A stretch of DNA of 39,378 bases. Source: Parcubacteria group bacterium. Its GTDB lineage: Bacteria > Patescibacteriota > JAUYIX01. The position numbers were made by a program, and so were the translations under genes. Positions 31,325-39,378 of the stretch are shown here, piece after piece. The stretch's first letter is position 1, and the number at the start of each line of letters is the position of its first letter. Location of the stretch: the NCBI GenBank assembly GCA_043799475.1, contig JAZDNR010000014.1, positions 1-39,378 of the forward strand, read 5' to 3'. Under the pieces are notes generated by a model. It did not search any database and was not told the origin of the DNA. It saw nothing but the letters and a program-made list of their open reading frames with translations.

Positions 31325-32680
31325 ATGGCTAAACGATCTTCCCCCAGCTCTAAGCGCCCCTGGCTCGTACCGGCACTCATTGCTGGTATCGTAGTTGTAG
31401 CCGCTCTGATTGCTTACTTTTTTGGCGATCAAATCGCGACCTTTATCCGCTACCGCGGGTCCAGCACCCCCGGCTCGGCCGCAGTCTTGGCGATTACTTG
31501 TATTGATCAAAACGAGGATGGCAGCTGCAATGGCGATACAGGGCGTGTAGCAGAGGTACAGCTGCAGCTCACTGAGCAAAGTGGCACAGTTAGCAACCAG
31601 GTAACCGATGCCAATGGTACGGCGCGTTTTTCGCCAGTTTCTTATGGGAACCACGAGATGCTAGTGACACTGCCTTTTCCTGGCCGCGTAACGGTTCCCA
31701 ATCCGATTTTGGTATCTGTCCCCGCACCGACCAGCGCAAACGATGTTGGATTTGAGGTGCAGGTTTTTGTACCGATCGCACTTACGGGTGAATCACAGTT
31801 CAGCCTCGATTTGTCTTATCTGGACCCAACTATTCCCGGAGCGCTGCTCAAAGAGGACCCGCTGTCAGTCGACCGGGCCTACACCTTTTACCCGGGCCAA
31901 GCTATCGGGGTGCGGATTGATGTCGGAGCCAATCAAGCGCTTAAAGACCGTACTCGACTAAGTCTAATCTCTGACTTTGATGATGCCTGCGTCGAGGCAG
32001 CCACTGAGATGCGTCCGGTCACAGGTAGAGCCGACGACACCAAGGTGCGGTGGGATGTAGACACGCTAAAACCAGGGAAGTTTAATCGCTCCTTTAGCTA
32101 CGCTATGCGGCTGGATGTCGCCCTTCCCGAAATTTCACCGTTAATCTGTACTGACCGCGTGACGATTTTGAGTAGCACTGGAGCCACGTTAGCTACTACC
32201 ACGCGCTCATATCAGATTGTGCCCTTGCCCACAGATCGCGCTGTGCTCGAGATGGGTAAGAGTGTAGCAGACGACAACGCAGGAGCGGTTAAAGCCGGTG
32301 ACACCCTGACCTACACGCTCGCCATCACTAACATCGGTCAAGTTGACGAGATCAGTGCCAATCTCATGGACGACATGCCGGCCTTAGTAGAAGAACCCAA
32401 GCTGATCTCGGCACCAAACCCCAAACAGGTTGAGGTCTCTAGTACAGGTGGCAAAAATGGGACCGGTTTTATTAAAGTTACTGGTCTACAAGTGCCAGTC
32501 ACAAGTCAAGTAGGTGAACAAGTTACGATTAGCTTTAGCGTTAAAGTTAAGGCCGACGTTAAACAGTTCGAGCGCATCGACAACTACGTTACGCTAAAAG
32601 GAAAAGATGGTGCCTATGTTGAGGCGCGTAAAGTGATTAAAGTCGGTCAAGCCATAAACTTTGTAGAAGCTAAGCGCTAG
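31325..32680 (+). CDS. Membrane-anchored surface protein with SdrD-B-like and DUF11 repeat domains
   Basis: N-terminal TM segment, a DANGTARF..YGNHEM (Cna-B/SdrD-B-like) region, and the DUF11 signature GDTLTYTLAITNIG. Confidence 0.7.
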   Translation: MAKRSSPSSKRPWLVPALIAGIVVVAALIAYFFGDQIATFIRYRGSSTPGSAAVLAITCIDQNEDGSCNGDTGRVAEVQLQLTEQSGTVSNQVTDANGTARFSPVSYGNHEMLVTLPFPGRVTVPNPILVSVPAPTSANDVGFEVQVFVPIALTGESQFSLDLSYLDPTIPGALLKEDPLSVDRAYTFYPGQAIGVRIDVGANQALKDRTRLSLISDFDDACVEAATEMRPVTGRADDTKVRWDVDTLKPGKFNRSFSYAMRLDVALPEISPLICTDRVTILSSTGATLATTTRSYQIVPLPTDRAVLEMGKSVADDNAGAVKAGDTLTYTLAITNIGQVDEISANLMDDMPALVEEPKLISAPNPKQVEVSSTGGKNGTGFIKVTGLQVPVTSQVGEQVTISFSVKVKADVKQFERIDNYVTLKGKDGAYVEARKVIKVGQAINFVEAKR

Positions 32681-32727
32681 TTTAGTTGTCCGTTGCGCGG
32701 GCGCGGGTTTTGCGCGAGTATCTAGCC

Positions 32728-35394
32728 ATGTCTGCAAAGTCCAGCCAGGCCCGGGTTAAGGTAATTCTGCCGCCGGCTTATAGTCCGGCTGATTACGAGG
32801 TCAAAACTTACCAACTTTGGGAGAAGGCTGGCTATTTTAGGGGCGTGATCGATCCGAGTAAAAAGGCCTACTGCATTGCTATGCCCCCACCCAACGCCAC
32901 GGGGCGGCTGCACTTAGGACACGCCACCGCTGGTACCATCGAGGATATTTTGATTAGATTTGAACGCATGCGTGGTAAGGCCGCGGTGTTCATACCGGGG
33001 ACGGACCATGCGGCGCTGCCAACCAACGCGCTTGTAGAAAAAAAGTTGGCTGAGGAAGAGGGCAAAACCAAACATGACTTGGGGCGAGAAGAGTATCTCA
33101 AACGAGTACGCGCCTTTGTGGCTGATTCACAAAAAAGTATCCGCGACCAAATACGACGCCTGGGAGTTTCCTGTGACTGGTCGCGCGAGCGTTACACAAT
33201 GGACGAACAAATGACACGCGCCGTCAATGAATCGTTTATCCGTATGTATAACGACGGTCTGATTTATCGTGGCAAACGCATTATCTCGTGGTGTCCACGC
33301 TGCGCCTCGTCACTCTCGGACATCGAAGTCGAGTACGAGGAAGTACCGGGTTCGCTCTGGTTTATTAAGTACCCGATTGTGGAGGATGGAGAATGGTCAC
33401 TCAACAAGTCGATTATGGTGGCGACTACACGACCGGAGACCATGCTTGGTGATACGGCCGTGGCTGTTAATCCGGACGACAAGCGCTACAAAAAGTTGGT
33501 CGGCAAACATGTTGTGTTGCCTTTGATGGAACGCGAGATCAAAATCATCGCCGACAAACATGTCGATATGCACTTTGGAACCGGTGCACTCAAAGTGACA
33601 CCTGCACACGATCTAGCCGACTACGATATTGCCACACGACATAATCTGCAGGCGATCAATGTCATAGGCGAGAGCGGTCGTATGACTAAAGCGGCCAAAG
33701 AGTTTACCGACTTGCAGATCGAGGATGCGCGCGAGGCGGTGGTTGCACGGCTACAAAAACTAGGTTTTCTGGATCATATAGAAGAAACGAAGCATTCTAC
33801 GCCGGCCTGTAGCCGTTGTGACGCCCGTGTTCAACTGCTTATCTCGGACCAATGGTTTGTAAAAGTAGCGCCGCTCGCCGAAAAAGCGATCGAGGCGGTA
33901 AAAAATGGCTCAATTGATTTTACTCCACGCTACTTTACAAAAATCTATCTAGATTGGATGGAGAATTTGCACGACTGGAATATCTCGCGGCAAATCTGGT
34001 GGGGTCATCGTATTCCTGTGTTCACTTGTACCAAATGTGAACATCGCATCGTTGCGTCTAAGGCACCGGCAAAGTGTCCCAAGTGCAGAGGCGACGTCAA
34101 ACAAGACCTCGATACATTGGATACATGGTTTTCGTCGGGGCTATGGACGTTTGCGACATTAGGCTGGCCCAAAAAGACCAAGGACCTAGACTTTTGGCAC
34201 CCTACGGACGTGATGGAGACGGGTCGTGATCTTTTGTTTTTGTGGGTCGCCCGCATGGTTATGCTGAGTTTGTATTTGCAAAGAGAAATACCGTTCAAAA
34301 AAGTGTACATGCATGGCTTGGTACTCGACAAAGATGGTCAAAAAATGTCCAAGTCAAAAGGCAACGGTATTGATCCTTTGGATGTAGCTGACAAATACGG
34401 TATGGACGCGGTACGCCTCTCACTCGTAACAGGTGTTTCGGCCGGCCGAGACAACCGTCTTTGCGGAAAAAAAATTGAAGGGTATCGCAACACTATTAAT
34501 AAATTGTGGAATGTTGGTCGCTTTGTAATTACGACAACTAAGTGTGAACGGACTTGCAAGCGGTTGGTCGATATCAAGCTTGATTCTCTCGGGTTAGAAG
34601 ACCAGTGGATTTTGCATCGTCTGGATGAACTTACCGAGACGGTCACGCGCGCAATCGAGGGCTACCGTTTTTCGGACGCCTCGCAAGCGCTGATTGACTT
34701 TATCTGGAGCGACTTTGCCGATTGGTACCTCGAAATTGCCAAACAGCAACCGGGGCCGGCAAAAAACGATGTTCTCCTGGCGGTGCTGGAGCAGGTGCTT
34801 ACGCTTTTACATCCCTTTGCGCCCTTTGTTACGGAAGTGCTCTGGCAGGAGTTAAAAAAGGCCGATCCCGAGATTGCGCGTCGACCCGATCTGATTGTGG
34901 CGTCTTGGCCAAGTAGTAATAAAGCTCTACGTAATCCGACCGCGGCTCGGACCTTTGGAGAACTTCGCGCGCTTGTAACCGCCCTGCGTGCTGTCAGAGC
35001 GGACTACCACATTGAACCTAAGAAAGTTGTAACAGTGACGCTTATCAAAGGCACGCTGCCCAAGTCACAAACGGCGATGGTTGAAAAACTTGCACGTATC
35101 GCGTTGACGGATGGAAGGACCGGTAAAGGCGTTACCCGTACGGCGGGGTCATGGAAGTTTGTTGCTGACGTAACTGCACATGCCGACATCAAACGCGAGC
35201 ACGCCCGTGTTAGCAAAGAGCTCGCCAAGCTTACACAAGTGCTCGCATCGCTTGAGAAGCGTCTCAAAAACAAAACCTTTGTCAGCAAAGCTCCGGCGTC
35301 CGTTATCGTCAAAGAGCGTGAGCGACAGACTGAACTTAGTAAGCGCGTAACTGAGCTTACCAACCTCGTGCAAGAACTAGGTCAGCTGAGGTAA
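32728..35394 (+). CDS. valS: Valine--tRNA ligase
   Basis: HIGH motif PPPNATGRLHLGHA, KMSKS motif KMSKSKGN and a C-terminal coiled coil. ATG 32728 is preferred over TTG 32686. Confidence 0.93.
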   Translation: MSAKSSQARVKVILPPAYSPADYEVKTYQLWEKAGYFRGVIDPSKKAYCIAMPPPNATGRLHLGHATAGTIEDILIRFERMRGKAAVFIPGTDHAALPTNALVEKKLAEEEGKTKHDLGREEYLKRVRAFVADSQKSIRDQIRRLGVSCDWSRERYTMDEQMTRAVNESFIRMYNDGLIYRGKRIISWCPRCASSLSDIEVEYEEVPGSLWFIKYPIVEDGEWSLNKSIMVATTRPETMLGDTAVAVNPDDKRYKKLVGKHVVLPLMEREIKIIADKHVDMHFGTGALKVTPAHDLADYDIATRHNLQAINVIGESGRMTKAAKEFTDLQIEDAREAVVARLQKLGFLDHIEETKHSTPACSRCDARVQLLISDQWFVKVAPLAEKAIEAVKNGSIDFTPRYFTKIYLDWMENLHDWNISRQIWWGHRIPVFTCTKCEHRIVASKAPAKCPKCRGDVKQDLDTLDTWFSSGLWTFATLGWPKKTKDLDFWHPTDVMETGRDLLFLWVARMVMLSLYLQREIPFKKVYMHGLVLDKDGQKMSKSKGNGIDPLDVADKYGMDAVRLSLVTGVSAGRDNRLCGKKIEGYRNTINKLWNVGRFVITTTKCERTCKRLVDIKLDSLGLEDQWILHRLDELTETVTRAIEGYRFSDASQALIDFIWSDFADWYLEIAKQQPGPAKNDVLLAVLEQVLTLLHPFAPFVTEVLWQELKKADPEIARRPDLIVASWPSSNKALRNPTAARTFGELRALVTALRAVRADYHIEPKKVVTVTLIKGTLPKSQTAMVEKLARIALTDGRTGKGVTRTAGSWKFVADVTAHADIKREHARVSKELAKLTQVLASLEKRLKNKTFVSKAPASVIVKERERQTELSKRVTELTNLVQELGQLR

Positions 35395-35405
35395 ACTATC
35401 CGGCA

Positions 35406-36899
35406 ATGGTTGTACTCTCCGCGCGGATCGAAGATCCGCATATTGAACAGTCGCTGCAACGTAAACTCAGGCGTCGCAAAGTAACTTGGCGAATTATCTG
35501 GATTGCGCTTTTAATATTGATGCTTGGTGCTGGTGTGTATGCCTATCTGCGTTTTGCTGCCTATGGTCGCGTCAAAGCGGCGGCCTTACTTGAGGAGGGT
35601 AAGCAGGCCGAACAGCAATTTGAACTAACGCAGGCGGTAGAATTTTACGAGCAAGCCCTGGCTCTACGCAGCGTGGCGCGAGCCCCAGCAGCAGAGGCAG
35701 CTTACCGCGCCGGCAAGATTTTTGAACGCAAGGGCGATCATGGCGGAGGGCAATCTTATTTAGAGCAGGCCGAACGGTTGGACTCGAGTAACACTACTTA
35801 CCTTAGCGCACTGGGCCAGTCGTACTTGGCAAGTCGCCAACTAGATAAGGCCGAGGCCGCCTTTGATCGGGCGCTCGCGAGAGACTCCAGTTTTGCCGAC
35901 GCGCTCTTTGGTAAAGCAAGCCTGGCCTACGCCCGGCAGCAGGGTATGCTGGGCGACGATCGCATATCTGACACGCTAAAAGCTAGCAGTAAGCACGCTG
36001 AAGCTCGCTTAGTGCAGGCCATCCGCGCGATTCATAAAGAGCCGAGTAAATCAGGTCGCACTTTTGATGACTTGCTCACAGCCGATCAGCTTGGGGTCCA
36101 AGAGACCGCGCGAGCTCTAAAGCCGCTGGCCGAGCAACTTGCCGGTAAGCCGGACAATCCCGCCTATGAGTTCACACTAGTGGGAGCTGGGCTACTCGAG
36201 CGTAATGAGTTCGATTTAGCGCTGCTCGAGTTAAGTGCTGCTACCGATGAGGACGATGAATATCGTGATGCCTGGGTCAATCGTGCCCTGGCTGAGGTTT
36301 TGCTCAAACAGTATGACGCGGCAGGCGATTCGCTCGAGAAAGCCGTCAGGCTTGATCCGAGTTTTGGGTTCTCCCGTTATGTGGAGGGACTGCTAGCTGA
36401 GGCGACGGATGATCTGGACTTGGCGCGCGAGCGTTACGAGTTGGCGCTTGAGCAACGCTACCAAGAGCCGCAGGTGTATGTGGCACTCGCCAAGTTGCTC
36501 GACACTACAGGAGAACGCCAGGAGGCCATTGCGCTACTCGCGGCGGCTCTCAAAGATGGTGTTAAGTCTGAACAACTCTACGATACACTCTTTTGGCTGT
36601 ACGTTGATGTGGAGCAGTACGACGAGGCACTTGAGCTAGCGCGGAACTTTAGAAAGTTTAACGATCGCAGTACAACCGCCGAAGGCATGGTTGCCTTTGG
36701 CTACCTAAAGACTGATGAGGAGGAAAAAGCACGCCAAACCGCGAGCTCGTTGCTGGCCCGCGACCCGCTCTCTGCCATCGGCACACTCGTGTTGGGTTTG
36801 CTCGACGACAATTTTGATCTTCTACGCAAAGCTCGCGATCTCGATTTTGGCGGTAAAGTGCGTGACCTTGCCGACCAAGTGCTTCGTTCCGGAATATAA
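35406..36899 (+). CDS. TPR-repeat protein with an N-terminal membrane anchor
   Basis: 497 aa with a TM segment (IIWIALLILMLGAGVYAYL) and multiple TPR-like A/L/Y-rich repeats. Confidence 0.7.
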   Translation: MVVLSARIEDPHIEQSLQRKLRRRKVTWRIIWIALLILMLGAGVYAYLRFAAYGRVKAAALLEEGKQAEQQFELTQAVEFYEQALALRSVARAPAAEAAYRAGKIFERKGDHGGGQSYLEQAERLDSSNTTYLSALGQSYLASRQLDKAEAAFDRALARDSSFADALFGKASLAYARQQGMLGDDRISDTLKASSKHAEARLVQAIRAIHKEPSKSGRTFDDLLTADQLGVQETARALKPLAEQLAGKPDNPAYEFTLVGAGLLERNEFDLALLELSAATDEDDEYRDAWVNRALAEVLLKQYDAAGDSLEKAVRLDPSFGFSRYVEGLLAEATDDLDLARERYELALEQRYQEPQVYVALAKLLDTTGERQEAIALLAAALKDGVKSEQLYDTLFWLYVDVEQYDEALELARNFRKFNDRSTTAEGMVAFGYLKTDEEEKARQTASSLLARDPLSAIGTLVLGLLDDNFDLLRKARDLDFGGKVRDLADQVLRSGI

Positions 36900-37077
36900 A
36901 AAAAGGGGCGAACATCACGAGCTATTTCAAGCCGTAGTACTCCTTGGTCAGACGCAAACTCACTTAGCCTGCGCGTATCAGTAGTCAATGAGACGGCGGA
37001 AGCTAGAATGAGTGGTTTCACAAAAAGTACCTAAACTTTTCACAATTGTACTGCAGTGGTATAGATAGGTTCTCCTT

Positions 37078-37749
37078 ATGCGATTACTACTAGTCGAAGA
37101 CGAAAAAGAGCTTGCCAAACCTCTCAAAGAGGGGCTCGAGTACCAAAAGTACGCCGTGGACTTGGCCTTTGATGGCGCTGAGGGCGAGCGCTTAGCCCGG
37201 GAGAACGCCTACGACGTGATCATTATGGACATCATGTTGCCGCATAAGGACGGTGTCTCTATCACCAAGAGTCTACGCGGCGACGGTATCTCGACACCGA
37301 TACTAATGCTCACTGCCAAAGGTACCGTCGAGGACAAAACCGTCGGACTGGATGCTGGTGCGGACGACTACTTGCCCAAACCGTTTGCTTTTGGAGAACT
37401 CTCAGCACGAGTGCGTGCGCTCTTGCGCCGGGCTAGCACTGAGAAAAAACCAGTTCTCCAAGTAGGTGATCTCACACTCGATCCTGCCACACATGACATC
37501 ATACGTGCGGGTAAAAAAATTGATCTGGTCAAAAAAGATTTTCAGCTACTGGAGTATCTCATGCGCAACGCCGATCGGGTGCTCACGCGGGCCGAGATTG
37601 AGGAGCACGTTTGGGACCGTAATGCTGAGCTTTGGTCAGATGTGATTCGCTCGCACATCAAAACTCTGCGCGCCAAGATCGATAAGGGTCACAAGGCCAA
37701 GCTTATCCGGACGATTCATGGGGTAGGCTATAAGATTTCCGCCAAGTAG
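37078..37749 (+). CDS. OmpR-family response regulator
   Basis: Receiver domain (DVIIMDIMLP, TAKG) plus a winged-helix C-terminal domain (RTIHGVGYK). Confidence 0.9.
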   Translation: MRLLLVEDEKELAKPLKEGLEYQKYAVDLAFDGAEGERLARENAYDVIIMDIMLPHKDGVSITKSLRGDGISTPILMLTAKGTVEDKTVGLDAGADDYLPKPFAFGELSARVRALLRRASTEKKPVLQVGDLTLDPATHDIIRAGKKIDLVKKDFQLLEYLMRNADRVLTRAEIEEHVWDRNAELWSDVIRSHIKTLRAKIDKGHKAKLIRTIHGVGYKISAK

Positions 37750-37791
37750 GCGCTCCCTGGACGGTAAAAAGTGCGGTGCTAGGCTAGCGCC

Positions 37792-39222
37792 ATGACGACT
37801 TTAAGCGATTTTTTTTCGCCCCTGCGGAGGCTTAGGCAGTTTGCTACGGCCCGCGTTAAGCTGGTGACCTGGTTTGTGGCCGTCTTGGGAGGGGTTCTCA
37901 TAACTTTTGTGGCTGCACTGATTGGGCTGGTGCATCACAACCTTTTTGTAACTCTCAACGAGCGCCTTATAACCAACACCCAACAACTCGCCGATCTCAT
38001 CGAGCTGCGCGAGGGAGAACTGCTCTTTGCCAAGCTCGACCAAATCAATCTCGAGAACGAGGCCCTGCGGAGTTTTTCCGTCCAAATGGTAGCGCCCGAC
38101 GGGCAAATTCTCTGGCAAGCCGCCCGCAACAAGTTGCCGGTCAGCGCGGCCGTACAAAAAGCGCTCGACTCCGACGAGTCAATTCTTAACAGTGTCACTC
38201 TCCCCTTTGAGCGTTATCAAGTTCTTGCCAAACCAGTCACGCGGGAGGGCGAATTGTTGGGTGTTCTCCAGTCGGGACTCAGCTTACGCGATATTGACGA
38301 GGCCATCGCTAAACTTTTACTCGGTGCTCTCTTTACTATCCCTATCGCCCTAGGACTGGCTGGCATTGGTGCTTGGTTTTTAGCCGTCAAAACCCTGCAT
38401 CCCATCGAGGAGAACCTCCGTCGTCAGCGCCAGTTCATCCAAGATGCCTCGCATGAGTTACGCACCCCACTGGCTATCATCCAGAGCAATATTGATGTGG
38501 CCTTACAAAATCCAGAACCAACCCTCACGCAACTTACCGATAAACTTATTACAGTCAACGAGACTACTAAGCGTATGGGTAAAATTATTACTGATCTCTT
38601 TACCCTAAGTACCTCAGACAATCAATTGTTGCGACTTAAACCTAAACTTATCGAGCTCGATAAGGTGGCGCGCGATGTTGTCAAACAGATGAAGAGCCTG
38701 GCGCGTAAAAAACAACAAGAGTTGATTCTGAGCGAGGAGGAGGAACTTATTGTGCATGCTGACGAGGACCGCATAAAACAAGTTCTCACTATCTTGGTCG
38801 ACAACGCCATTAAATACACGCCCGCCCAAGGACGCATCGCGGTGAGCGTTGTCAAAACTCCGGCTATCGACTACGCCAAATTAAGCGTGGTCGACAACGG
38901 ACCGGGTATCTCTAAAACTGACCAAGAAAAAATCTTTGAACGCTTTTATCGGGTTGATAAATCACGGTCGCGTGAGCTGGGGGGCAATGGTTTAGGTCTT
39001 GCTATTGCCAATACACTGGTGCAACGCCAACAAGGGCACATCAGCGTCCAAAGCAAACTAGGCCTTGGTACGCGCTTTGATGTGTTTTTGCCCCTCGTAG
39101 CCAAAAAGTCAAAATCCGGGCGCAGCTTTGCCATTCCGGGCTTACCGAGCCTGCCCAAGCTGTTCACCCGGTCAACCAAAGTCGTGGATCATCCACAGAT
39201 TGATCAGCCAAAGGTCTCCTAG
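37792..39222 (+). CDS. Sensor histidine kinase (HisKA plus HATPase_c)
   Basis: Two TM segments, H-box ASHELRTPL, N-box DNAIKY and G-boxes DNGPGI and GGNGLGLAI. Confidence 0.9.
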   Translation: MTTLSDFFSPLRRLRQFATARVKLVTWFVAVLGGVLITFVAALIGLVHHNLFVTLNERLITNTQQLADLIELREGELLFAKLDQINLENEALRSFSVQMVAPDGQILWQAARNKLPVSAAVQKALDSDESILNSVTLPFERYQVLAKPVTREGELLGVLQSGLSLRDIDEAIAKLLLGALFTIPIALGLAGIGAWFLAVKTLHPIEENLRRQRQFIQDASHELRTPLAIIQSNIDVALQNPEPTLTQLTDKLITVNETTKRMGKIITDLFTLSTSDNQLLRLKPKLIELDKVARDVVKQMKSLARKKQQELILSEEEELIVHADEDRIKQVLTILVDNAIKYTPAQGRIAVSVVKTPAIDYAKLSVVDNGPGISKTDQEKIFERFYRVDKSRSRELGGNGLGLAIANTLVQRQQGHISVQSKLGLGTRFDVFLPLVAKKSKSGRSFAIPGLPSLPKLFTRSTKVVDHPQIDQPKVS

Positions 39223-39261
39223 TATACTGTTGACACTACTAGTTAAGCCAAAGGAGAAAAG

Positions 39262-39378
39262 ATGGCACGTCAAAAAGGCAAGACCCCGTGTAAGGCTGCG
39301 CGCACTGATAAAGATACGATAACAGTGCCGTATGGACACGTGGTTTTCTACGTGATTATTGGGCTCATCATTGGTATG
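39262..39378 (+). CDS. 5' end of a hypothetical membrane protein (runs off the window)
   Basis: SD AAAGGAG lies 5 nt before ATG 39262. The frame is open to the window end, and a hydrophobic stretch VVFYVIIGLIIG follows. Confidence 0.4.
   Translation, partial: MARQKGKTPCKAARTDKDTITVPYGHVVFYVIIGLIIGM

Overview
This is a bacterial chromosomal window whose taxon I cannot assign from sequence alone. It is compact, with many stop/start overlaps, and by eye most housekeeping genes lack a Shine-Dalgarno. Coordinates 7.5-39.4 kb look ordinary. They encode a PrsW-like protease, a CCA/poly(A)-polymerase-family enzyme, a CWB2 surface protein, an esterase, a GT4 glycosyltransferase, hisS, a PRTase-rsmH-lipoprotein operon, a heptad-repeat coiled-coil protein, a NifS-like desulfurase, a GNAT, a HAD hydrolase and an Rrf2 regulator followed by sufBCDSU-sufT. 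After a 0.9-kb ORF-poor gap come a Zn-ribbon peptide, tRNA-Glu(UUC), tsaD, a DUF11 protein, valS, a TPR protein and an OmpR/HisKA pair. Coordinates 1-7.5 kb are the unusual part; everything there is on the minus strand and the locus continues past the left edge. It holds an XPD/DinG-type helicase and two paralogous small proteins, each with its own near-consensus promoter and intrinsic terminator. These are interleaved with at least seven promoter/terminator-bounded non-coding units. The units carry 14 copies (15 with one degenerate copy) of a ~40-50 nt two-hairpin module: a 20-nt box is conserved while the stems covary. The unique segments between modules have a strikingly fixed length (45 nt four times; terminal segments 44-46 nt). 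An IS481-family element has inserted exactly in one terminator/promoter junction, with a TAAAA duplication. I interpret the island as a candidate CRISPR-like (possibly type IV-like) RNA-array system that standard CRISPR/cas finders would miss. That reading is inference and needs RNA-seq, covariation and structure-prediction tests.
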